A stretch of DNA of 63,345 nt, filler included, from Reclinomonas americana ATCC 50394 (taxonomy: Eukaryota): assembly GCA_048213135.1 (NCBI GenBank). It is 19 parts of 19 records of this genome, joined end to end, with 100 filler letters (N's around TTAATTAATTAA, not from the genome) between each part and the next. Parts side by side here need not be neighbours in the genome. Positions count along the whole stretch, not along the records: positions 49,809 to 54,389 come from AFZH01019367.1; positions 54,490 to 56,043 come from AFZH01019370.1; positions 56,144 to 58,137 come from AFZH01019372.1; positions 58,238 to 61,320 come from AFZH01019373.1; positions 61,421 to 63,345 come from AFZH01019374.1; 14 more parts are not named here. One strand, 5' to 3'. A program made the translations under genes and the position numbers. Positions 50,249 through 61,451 of this stretch are shown one piece after another; positions within the stretch are counted from its first letter, which is position 1, and every line of letters starts with the position of its first letter. Below the pieces are notes generated by a model that was not told the DNA's origin, did not search any database, and saw only the letters and a list, made by a program, of their open reading frames with translations.

Positions 50249-53121
50249 ATGGAACACCGTCGACTGCTGCATCGCGGCCATGTGTTTACGGTGGACTGGC
50301 GAGGGGAGGAACCGGCGTTGCTCTTGTGCGTGGCGGTGACGGCTTCGACGCATGTGTGTCGCGTGGATCGCAAGCGCACGCGCGTGCATGTGGCGCGCAG
50401 TGTGGCGCGACTGCGGACGATGGTGCCGGAGGAGGACATGTCGGTGGTGGAGACTGTGTTGCGTCGCATGGGTGACGGTGGGTCGTTATTGCTGCGGCCG
50501 TGGCGGGAGGCTGTTGTTGAATGGACGCGGGAGGTGGAGATGCGAGTGTTGCCGGTACATGCTGCTACGGTGGCTCCGCTGTTGGATGCGGTGCGACGAG
50601 TGGGCGCCGGCGAGTGGCGACCGCTGGTACCACTCACGTTTGTGCTGCACGGACCGTCGGGCAGTGGCAAATCGTTCATCGCGCGTCAGCTGGCTGCGTC
50701 GTTTCTCGCCCGGCAGGCGCGAGTGATCTCGGCGGCCAGCGATGTGTTTCACGAGGGTCTGCTGCATCGTCGTCGACAAGTACATTTCTCTCTTAACGCC
50801 ACTCTCACTCGTCGACACACGCAGAGGTCGGCCGCAGTGAGATGCAGCTGCGCAGCGTGTTTGACGAGATGCATCAATGCGCTGAGGAGCACCAATTGGC
50901 GCTCCTGGTGATCGACGAGTTTGAGTTGTTGGCGCGTCGGTCCTCCACCTCTTCCGATATCCTTGCTGTTGTTGTTGTTGTTTCCCCTCGTCCCCCTTTT
51001 CAGTCCTTGACTCGTCGGTTGTACGTGTGGAGAATCGCGTGTTGGCAGAACTCGTTCGGCAACTGGATCGACTGCACGAGCGCAGTGGTGGCACCGTGAT
51101 GCTGCTTGCCGTGTGTGGCGATGTGTCGGCTCTCGATCCGCGCGTCCGTCGCTTCGGTCGTCTCGATGTGGAAATCAGCGTGCCACTGCCAACACACGGT
51201 CAGCGGCGACTGCTGGTGGCCGACATGATGAAGCACGTGATGACGCAGGTGATGATTGCTGTAGATGATGGCGAAGCTCAATGTGTTGTTCATCATGACT
51301 GCAGAGTGATCGCGCACTGGACGAGGTTGCTGAGCTCACATCCGGTTTCTCGCCAGCCGATCTGCAAGAGTTGTGCGCCCGTGCTGTGGCTCGTGTGCCG
51401 ACAGCTGTCGACGCTGCGAAAGTGCACGAGGCACTGCGTAGTGAGCTGGAGAGTATGAGGCCGTCGGCAGTGGTCGACTGCGTCACCAAGGTGCAATCGC
51501 CCTCCTCTCTCTCTCTCTGTTTCCGCTCTCCGTCTCCTCTTCTCATGCTCGCCTCCATTGCAGCCTGCATCCATTTTCAATAGCGCCAGTCTTGGCGGTC
51601 TTGACGATACGATGGCAGAACTCCAGGCATGCCTTTCATCATCATCTTCCCGTGCCCTCTCGTTTCCCCTGTCTGTCTCTCACACCCATCGTACCATCAG
51701 CGCCTCGTCGTGGAACCCCTATTGCAACTCGTCGACACAACGACGCCAGCTGGGTCGCGCGACCTGCGTCCACCCAGCAACGTCCTTCTGTACGGCCCGT
51801 CTGGTTGCGGCAAGACGCATCTGGCGCACGCCGTGGCCACCCAGTCGCGCGCCAACTTTGTGGCGGTACAAGGATCAGCGCTGCTGTCCAAGATTGTTGG
51901 CGAGTCGGAGAAGGCGCTGGCGCGCCTCTTTGCCAATGCGCGTGCCGTCGCTCCTTGTGTGTTGCTCATCGACCAGGTATTGTCAATCTTTTTTAGTGGC
52001 AGAGCCTGCATTGCATTGTCCACCCTTTCCTAATCTTTCTCGCCTCGTCATGTTGCTCGCCCTTTTGTTTCTTTTCCTCCCTTCTGTTCGCCACTTCTTC
52101 CCTCAGCTGTCCTTTCTCGTCATAGTCATCCTTCACCCTCCTGTTTCTTGTTGCATTCCCTCACACTGCATCATCTTCCTCTGTCGCTCTCTACGCACCA
52201 TCTTTGCATCCTCTCTTCGTTGCCTCATCTACCCTCGTTTCACTTTACTTTTTCATCTTGCTCCTTCTCTTTCTTGCTTCCTTCTTGTTTCACTTTACTT
52301 GCCATGTTTCCCTGCTTTCCTTTTCTTTGGAATCCTCCGGTCCGGCTTCTCCGATCAAACTCACGAATCCTTCTCTTGCCCATCGCACTCGCTCCTGCAC
52401 TCTGAGGCAAGTTTCCCGCTCTTTTTTGCGATCCAGTCACCCCTCCCTTGGTCGCAAGCTCACAGTTGCACAATCCTTCACTCCCACCTTAGCTTCCTCC
52501 TCCCTTCGCTCATGCTTCTCTTCTCCCTCCCTCCCTAGTCCCGTCCTTCTCCCTCCCCTCACCCTTTCCCCCCTTCCCCCTTCCCCCTTCACCCCTTCTC
52601 CCTTTGCCAGATCGACGCGGTGGCCCAGATGCGCGGTCACGATGGAAGCACGTCGGGCAGTGCCGATCGCCTGCTGAGCACACTCCTCACGGAGCTCGAC
52701 GGCGTGGGCATGCGCGACCCGCTGCGCCCCGTTGTTCTGCTGGGCATCACCACGCGGCGTGATGTTCTCGATCCTGCCATTCTGCGACCAGGTCGATTCG
52801 ATCGTCAGCTGGAGATCTCACACCCGTCACTCGAGGTACTGGGTGCAAGATATTTTTCCCCGTTTCTGTCATTCACTTCTCCGTATGCCCATGCAGCAAC
52901 GCACTGCAATCTGGCGCTGCAAACTGGCGCCCGTGCCTGTGGAAGACGAAGTGTTGGCGCAGCTGGAGTTGCTGGCGGAGCGCACGCAAGGTGCCACCGG
53001 CGCCGATATCGAAAACTGGGTGCGCGAGGCGGCGCTACTCGCCTTCCGACGCCGTGAGTCGGCGACCCCTGTCACGCTGTCGGACCTGGAGGCGGTAATG
53101 GAACGGCGTCGCCGACAATAG
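50249..53121 (+). CDS. Two-domain AAA+ ATPase of the CDC48/AFG2 (SPATA5-like) group; 5' end uncertain
   Basis: D1: LHGPSGSGKS, LLVIDE, LDPRVRRFGRLDVEI. D2: LLYGPSGCGKT, LLSKIVGESEK, LLIDQ|ID, RLLSTLLTELDG, LDPAILRPGRFD, GATGADIENWVREAA. Confidence 0.85.
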
Positions 53122-53189
53122 TCGCCTTTTCCGGCACGCTGCGGGCTGTCGAGACTGCTTCACTTCCATCTTTGTCTCCACTGCGCGCG

Positions 53190-53926
53190 ATGAATCTCTT
53201 CTTGCTGTCGCTCAACCCCGCCCTCATCGCCGAGTACCACTGCGACAAGCACGTGGTGAAGATGGTGACGGAGACCACGCAGATCCTCTACACGTGCTGG
53301 CATCTCAACCAGACCGACGTGGACGGTGGGCAGTGGAAGGAGGAGTGTGAGCAGGCCGTGTCGCTGCCGCCGTACCGGCCCACGCACACGGTGCATCCGC
53401 TGGTGCGCTGGGCGTCGTCGTCGTCGGCGCGCTACACCTTCACTTGTGAAGTAGGACTCGCGGTGTGTTCCCCGCCACCTTGATGTGGACCACCGCTCCG
53501 TGCACGCACTCACAAGGTTGTATATTGCAGCTGGCGGCCGAGTACTCTCTGCGCTACCAGGGTCGCGTGCACAAGTGCGAGGCACACTTGCGCTGGCTCA
53601 GCGCCAACTTGCCTTTGGTTTTCCAGCCCGACCTGCTCGACAGCATTCTCGACCGGCCCGTCTCGCGCATCTCCGTCGCCCGCGCCGGCATGCCAGCCGA
53701 GCTGCTTCCGTTCCCCATGTCAGTCAACGCCGGCAAGATCGTGGACAGCGCGACGACGGCGGCCGACTGGATCAACGTCGAGGATCCCGTGGAGACGTAT
53801 CGCGAGTTTTACCGACGTGAGAAGCGTCGCTTTGCCGTGTGGAATCGCGGTCGTCCCGCGCCCAGCTGGTGGACCCCGCCGCTGCGCAAGAGCCCGCGTC
53901 GCCGAGCTCAAACTGAGTCGGAGTAA
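53190..53926 (+). CDS. Pyrimidine-dimer DNA glycosylase/endonuclease V-like protein of the phage/bacterial type (2 exons, 222 aa)
   Basis: MNLFLLSLNPALIAEYHCDKHVVKMVTETTQIL, YRPTHTVHPLVRWA, GLA|LAAEYSLRY..HKCE, DPVETYREFYRREKRRFAVW..RPAPSWW. Intron 53463-53530 (GT-AG). Confidence 0.8.
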
Positions 53927-53985
53927 AGACCACGACAACAGAAAACTCTTGTCCTCTTTGCGTGTCCCTTCACTTGCGATCGAGA

Positions 53986-54389
53986 ATGAGCAGATCGCTG
54001 TCGGGCTACCTCTCTGCAGGCACCGCCGGCCTGCTTGGAGCTGTGGGCGCCACACTCGGCAGTCTCGTGACACGCTGGGATCGCGGCACTCTGGCCACTG
54101 GCGAGTACACACTGGCCGTGGAGGCTGTTGTGCGAGTGGTGTTCCTCGTGCTCAGTCTCTCCTGCAACACCTTTATGTTTACGTTCCTCGCGCGTGCCAT
54201 GCACGTGCTCCCGAGTGCGGTGGAGGCCAAGGCCGCGTCCATGGCCATCAACTTTGTGAGCACTGCGTTGTTTGAGTGGTTGCTCTTTGGCTACCACGCT
54301 CCTTCGTTGCGCTGGTGGGCGGGCATCGCCTTGGTGCTTCTCGGCAGTGCGTTGGTGATGAGACGGTCGCTCATGGCCTCGACTTACGA
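53986..54389 (+). CDS. TMEM42-like small drug/metabolite-transporter-fold membrane protein (3' end at gap)
   Basis: Four hydrophobic helices with CNTFMFTFLARAM, INFVSTALFEWLLFG and LRWWAGIALVLLG. Confidence 0.7.
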
Positions 54390-54670
54390 NNNNNNNNNNN
54401 NNNNNNNNNNNNNNNNNNNNNNNNNNNNNNNNNTTAATTAATTAANNNNNNNNNNNNNNNNNNNNNNNNNNNNNNNNNNNNNNNNNNNNCCCTACAGTGT
54501 ACTTTCTCATCACTTCCCCACTTTTCATTTCTCCTCCCTCCCTCTCTCTCTCTTCGAGTCTCCACAATCTGCATCTATTTCCGTTCCCTCCCTGCGTCAA
54601 CCTCTCGCAATCTCAATCCTCTCTCTCTTCCCCTTCTCCCCCTTCTCCCCTTTCCGGTTGCCCAACTCAC

Positions 54671-55284
54671 CCACACGCTCTCCGCAGCCACATGCCCGCT
54701 GTTGATGAGCGCCTGACGCACACCCTCGGCAAACTGCTGCACGGTGACGGACACCGGCTGTGCCTCGCTGACCTGGCGCAGCACCTCGGCCGAATCCACG
54801 CCGTCCACCTGCGGCAACTGCGGCACGGCGACGTGCATGCGCAGACCGAATGACTTCTCACTGTGTTTGTGTGTGTGTGTATGGCACTACATGAGCACCG
54901 TGTGCGACGTGCTTGGTGACAGGAGGAGAGACGAAACGTCAGCGTGTCGGCGAGCTTGTACGCTGGCAAGTACTGTCCAATCCACTGCACCGCCGACTGT
55001 GCGCCCATCGCAGAGGAGCGAACAGAGAGCGCACGAGCGGTGCTTGCGGTGCAGCGCACCACGTAGGCGTTGTCGGGAATGTAGGTGAGGAATTCGACCT
55101 GCGCTTTCAGGGGAAGGAGTGAGCTCTGTTGTGATTCTGCAAAGTCTCCCAGCCAGACGGCTTGTTGCTCACTGCTTCCGAAGTGATCTGCTCGTACCTT
55201 AGACATCACGTGCTGCTGGAAAAGCTGACGCGACTGGGCATCCGGGAAGCTGCTGAACTGCACGATGAACAACTCCGCGGCGCG
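54671..55284 (-). CDS. Fragment of a subtilisin-like (S8, KP-43/TagC-type) protease prodomain
   Basis: LFIVQF, FLTYIPDNAYVVR and VQWIGQYLPAYKL resemble the propeptide of this S8 subgroup. The catalytic domain is not visible (gap at 54390). An upstream exon may lie near 55875-55920. Confidence 0.6.
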
Positions 55285-55959
55285 CTGTGTGTGCACAGGG
55301 GATTGATCAGTGAAACTTGCAATGGACGCAGGAGAGAGAAGAAGAAGAAGTGCACAAGTGTGAGTGGTGAGTGTTTGGAAGAAGGGAGTGAAGGTTGCTT
55401 GAAGGAATGGTGAACGCGTGAAGCAGAAGTGAGCGTTTGAAGGTGAGGAGCGAGTGCACGATCGGTGAGAGACTGCTATGCATGTCGATGGACAGCACAA
55501 ACAGTGAGAGGAAGCAACAGAATGAGATTTATGCGTCAATGTGCGAGACAGAGGGAGGAGGTGGAGGAAGAGGACGAGGAGAAGAAGAAGAAGAGGTCTG
55601 CACAAGTATGGGTGGTGAGCGTTTGAAGGACATAATGGTGAGCGTTTGGAAGAAGGGAGTGATGAGTGCTTGATGAAATGGTGAGCGCGTGAAGCACAAA
55701 GTGAGCGCGAAAAGGTGAGTGAAGTTGGTGAGAGAGGGAGAAGACTGCCATGCATGTCGACGGACAGCACGGCCTGTAAGGTAGCAACAGAGTGAGGTGC
55801 TGCATGAAGCGTCACTGTGCGAGACTGAGGGAGGAGGTGACGGAGGTGGAGAATGGTGATGGCGGACAAGAACGGAACATAGACGACTTCCCAATGAAAG
55901 TTAAGCTCAGTGCGTGCAAGAGATGGAGACAAGAGACGGTGTCAGCAGTGAGTGAGTGC

Positions 55960-56043
<84 letters not shown>

Positions 56044-56572
56044 NNNNNNNNNNNNNNNNNNNNNNNNNNNNNNNNNNNNNNNNNNNNTTAATTAATTAAN
56101 NNNNNNNNNNNNNNNNNNNNNNNNNNNNNNNNNNNNNNNNNNNATTATAATTATGTACAGTGATGGCGGTGGAGGGGAAGAGCGTGCAAGACATGCTGGT
56201 TGCGAGAAAGCAACGCCAGCAGTGCCGGATGAAGCAAATCCGTTCACGTTTCCATCCTACATGTAGTCCTGCCTTGCGTGCAGCAAGTACTTCTCGCGCA
56301 TTGACCATTCTGAACCCCTCAATAGGTCAGTCTTCCTGTTTTCGCTTGCGTGGAAACCAACCAGCAGCCGGTTTCTCCGAATTTTCGTTTCCTCTCTTGT
56401 TTTTCCTTGAAGGTGAGAGCCAAGACCACGTCGCACACACAACACATTGCAGCAACAAGCACGTACTCTCCTCCTTCACAAACACATGCACTTGTCCACA
56501 CACGCAAGCGCGTGACCTCACGCTCTCGCTCCACTCCACTCATAAATATAATATTGCGCAGTACCAATCGCC

Positions 56573-57691
56573 ATGTCCGTGACTCGCCTTCCCGCGGGCG
56601 CCACTGCAGTCGCCCTTGTGCTCCTCGCTCTGGCCCTCCTCTCTCTGGTCTCCAGTACCCACGCAGGCGGTGAGTGATGCATGATGACTCCGGACACATG
56701 TACGTCTTTTCGCACACACACACACACGCAAGCACGCTGCTGCTGAATGTGCACTTATGCGTGCGTGTGTGTCTCCTCTCGCTCTCTCTCTCTCTCTCTC
56801 ATATGCACACTCTCTTGTTGCGTGCGTGGGTGAGTGTGTGAGAAGAGTGAGAGCGTGACATGGCGACCTGCATCTCTCTTTTCTCTCTCTCCTCTTGCTC
56901 ACGCTCGCTCACGAACACATGTGCTTTCGCGTCCACTCACAGAGTCACTCTCTCCCCTTCCTCCTCCTTCCTCTCCTACCGTCGTTCAGGCGGTGTGTGA
57001 ATTCGCATTCACATGCATTGATGATTGCGTGAGTGGTTTGCTTGGTTTCTCGAACAAGCGAGTGCACGTGGTCCTCATTCTCGGGTACACTGTACCACTG
57101 CCTGTGCTCACCCGCCCTCCCCTACTCTTTCTGCACACACACACACGCGCTTCCCACGGCCAACGCGTGCGATCTGTCATTCATGAATATGCAAATTCGG
57201 ACATGTTCTCTTTCTTTACGCTTCGCGCTTCTCTGCTGCCGCGCATGTTTGTGGTGACACTCATCTCCACCGTTTCTCTCTCTCTCTCTTCTCGCACTCT
57301 TTTTTCTTTTGTGTGTGTGTGTGGTGTATTGATGACGTGAATATCGTGTGGAGTTTCAATCTCGTACACACGCCAAATCAAGCCTCTACGAAGTGCTTCG
57401 TCTTTGCCTCTTCTGTTGCATGGCTGTCGTCTCGTGTTGCACGAGCACCTCCCTCCCACCCACACCCGCACGTCGTGTAGGCGCATGTCGGATTCGCATC
57501 TTCCGAGAGAATTAGACAGGTCGCATATGCGAGACCGCAGCGTCAACGAGCGTTGGCAAGGCTTCTCTATCTCACACACCTTGCTCTCCTTGTTGAGCTC
57601 ATCGTCTGCTCAACTGCGCTCCCTTGCTTCTTTTTTCCGGCCTGCATGACCACACATTTGAATTCGAACCCACTGCCGATTGTGAAGTTCC

Positions 57692-57724
<33 letters not shown>

Positions 57725-60700
57725 AGGAGAGAATAGCGTAGTGCTTCTCACATATCACCGTCTATCCATCCTCTCGCACTCTCCTTTCAAACGTGCTACT
57801 TGCCACGTCCGTCAGTCCTGTATCTCATTCCGATATCTTCTCAATCGCTTTCTCTCTGCGTGCAGTGGTCGGCGGCGGCTCGTGCGTCCGTTTCTCCGGC
57901 CAATGCAACCAACCGTACGGCGACTGCGACGCCACCAACAAGTGCAAGTGCAACTTTAATGCCTTCAATGGTGTTGTCGACTACTGGCAGGGTCCGCTGT
58001 GCCAGGTGAGCTGCTTTGGCGGGTGAGCGCTACCCACGACATGCTGCTCACTCTTGTCGATGTGCAGTGCCACCCGGGTCAGACGTGCTCGGCGAAGGGC
58101 AGTTGAGTGCTGCATTCTCACTCTCTCTCTCTCTCTCNNNNNNNNNNNNNNNNNNNNNNNNNNNNNNNNNNNNNNNNNNNNTTAATTAATTAANNNNNNN
58201 NNNNNNNNNNNNNNNNNNNNNNNNNNNNNNNNNNNNNCCCCTTCTCCCCCTTCTCCCCCTTCTCCCCCTTCTCCCCCTTCTTCTCCCTCCCTTCCCTCAC
58301 CCTCCCACCTTCCCACAGCCTGCAACGACCTCAGCAAGTGTGTCTGCAACAGCGGCTGGACCGGTTGCGTTCCCTTCCCTCTCCCTCACCCCCACCTCCT
58401 TCACATCTCCCTCACTCCTCCTCCTTATTCTGCAGGCACCAACTGCAACCAACCCGCCACTCCTCCCCCTCCCCCGCCTCCCCCGCCACCACCACCACCA
58501 CCACCCACCCCGAGCCCAGTGCCGTGCACTCGCGACTCGAACGGCAACTCGACCAAGTGCGGCGCCTACGGCCAGTGCACTGGCGGCAGTGGTGCGCCGG
58601 GCTCCACCGGTGTGTGCCAATGCCAGCCACTGTCGCAGAATGGCGCCCTCTGCGGCGCCTGGAAGGACGGCTTCGTCAATGGCGTCTGGTCGGCGTGTGC
58701 GATTAGTCCGCTGGCCGGCCTGCCCAACCCGCCGCTCGGCTCGTGGAGCTTGAGCACGCTGACGGCGCCGGCCACCGCCAAGCCCGCCTCCCGGTTCCTC
58801 GTCTCAGTGACCCTCGTGTTCACCGGCATTGATACCTCGCGCGAGCTCTTCCTGAGCCCCGTCTCCCAGTCGGCGTTCTTCAACGCCGATCTCACCACTC
58901 GCCAGACGCTCGCCAATGGCCAGCCGATTACTTTCAGTGGCCAGCTTCTGGCGCCCTCGCGCACCGGCGTCTTCACTGTGGAGGTTTGTCGGACAACGAA
59001 AGAGAGGGTAGGGTGTCTTTGTTCTCATTTTCGTCGTGCAGTGGAAGGTAATGACGCGCTGCGGAAGTGCCGCGTACACCGGCAGCGTCAAGGCCACGAT
59101 GGAGGTCACCTGCAGTGACGGCCTGTACTGCAATGGCAGTTGCGTGCGCGGGAGAGAGAAGGGCGGTTTTTCTCAGTCGTTTCTCAACACTGCGTCCTCT
59201 CCCACAGTTGAGCAGTGGAACGGCAGCACCTGTATCAACGGAAAGAATCCGTGCGACGACAAGGTCGCCTGCACGGTGGACACTTGCAGCGAGCACATGG
59301 GTGCGTGTGTGGGGGAGACGGGCAAGGGGAGAGAGATGAACAGTTGTCGTGCTCCTTCCTCTTCCTCTCCTCTGCTTTCCTCCATTTTGCTCGCTCCTCC
59401 TTATACGTCGCTGTGTTCCTTCCCAATTCCTTCGCCCATTCGTTCCCTGCTCTCCTGTGTTTCCTCCTCCATTTTTCGCCCCGCAGTGGCCCCTCCCTTG
59501 TTCCCTCCTTCTCCTCTGTCTCCTCCGTTTTCCTTGCCTGTCTTTTCCTTCCCCCGTTCCTCCTCTTGTTGGCCCCTCTCTTCAATCACCGTCCACCGTT
59601 TCCTCCTCCATTCTGTCTCCCTTCACTGTCCGTTTGTTCCTTCCACCTGTCCGTCCCTGTGTTCCTTCGCCCATTCCTTCTCTGTTCTCTTTCGCGCCGC
59701 AGTGGCCCCTCCCATGTTCCCTCCTTCTCCTCTGTCTCCTCTTTATTCGCCTTTTCCTTCTTTGCTCTCCTGTGTTTCCTCCTCCATTGTCGCCTCCATT
59801 TCTTCCTCCTTCTCATCTCTCTCCACGCTTCATCCCTTGTTCACCCCTGAACCCTTTCTCTGCCTCCTTCCCCCTTTGTCTCCTTTCCTGCAGGCGGCCG
59901 CTGCACATTCACCCCCACCGGTCCCGACTGCGCGGAGTGCATGACGGACTGCGCCCCTCAGTGCGCCATCGGTCAGTGCGGTGACGATGGCTGTGGCGGA
60001 TCGTGTGGCACGTGCACTGGTGGCCTCGGCTGCGTCAGTGGCATGTGCATTGAGGTCACGCTGCCGCTATCGTGCAACAATGTCGGCGACCTGCTCACCG
60101 CCGCTGGTTGGTGTTGTGCTGCTGTCTTGTGGGTCTTCAGTGACCAACCTGTTTTTTTTTTGGCAGGTCCCGCGTTTGCCGCGTACGACTTTAAGAGTGA
60201 GGCTCGCATCTCCATCACGGGCGACACCTCGCCACCCACTGCTGTGGACTTGGTGCGCTTTATCACGTGATGTGCTGGTGATTTTCAATTTGCTTATCAT
60301 CCCAACACACGCACTCAGTTCCACCCGATTTGCAATACTGCCTCTCGTGCCCCGGAGAACGTGTATCGCTTCTTCGTTCCGGCTGGCCTCTCGGTCGGCT
60401 ACGACATTCGCACGTGAGTGTGAACGCCTGTGCAAATCGCTTGTCACCTTTCCCTCACATTCCATTTCCCAGCGATGCCGATCCCTTCGATCCTCCGCAC
60501 GACACTGTCGTCGCTCTCCTGCGCGACGGCTGCGACGGAGCCCCTGTCAAGTGCTCTGACGATGTTTCGTGTTGTGCGTCCGTCCTTGCTTTCGTCGTGG
60601 CATCTCACAGTGTGCGCAGGCCTCGCCTCCGGGTGGCCTCAACAGTCGTGTCTCGGGCCAGATTTCCGGCGGACCCAACGGCCAGGCGTATGTCATTGTC

Positions 60701-61244
60701 GTTGCGTACGACACAAGCCGTGTTTCCATCGCCTCTCTCCCTTTCTCACTTGAGAGCGGCGGTCACACAGGTCGACGGTTACGACGATCAATCGTTTGGC
60801 CAGTACCTGGTGCGCCCCTCCTTCTTACTCTCCCATTAGTATTGCCATGAAGTATTCTCACTTGTCATTCCCCGAATAGTTGACGGTGCGTTTCGTTCCC
60901 GACTGCTCGCCCTCGTGTGACGGTCGTTACTGCGGTGACGATGGTAGGTTTTCCAGTGTTGCGGTCATGTGCTGTGTTCAGCATGGTCTCAACACTCTCA
61001 CTCGCTCACAGGCTGTGGTTTCGCCGACGGCTGCGGTGGATGCGATAGCGGCTTCATGTGCACCGACACTGGAAAGTGCCGCGATATGAACGAGCAGTGT
61101 GGTGGGGAGTTGCGTGGCGAGGGGGGAAGGGTGGAGGAAAAGGAGAAGGGTGGAGGGGAAGGGAAAGGGAAAGGGAAAGGGAGGAAGGAAGCCGAGTGAG
61201 TGTCATGCACATTAAGTGCTGGAGTCAATGTAGAACAATCTGAG

Positions 61245-61319
<75 letters not shown>

Positions 61320-61420
61320 GNNNNNNNNNNNNNNNNNNNNNNNNNNNNNNNNNNNNNNNNNNNNTTAATTAATTAANNNNNNNNNNNNNNNNNNNNNNNN
61401 NNNNNNNNNNNNNNNNNNNN

Positions 61421-61451
<31 letters not shown>

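Noticed and set aside
48444..53926. Rad1 close to the UV glycosylase as a DNA-repair cluster
   Set aside because: Only two genes, on opposite strands, separated by a gap and an unrelated ATPase. Compatible with chance.
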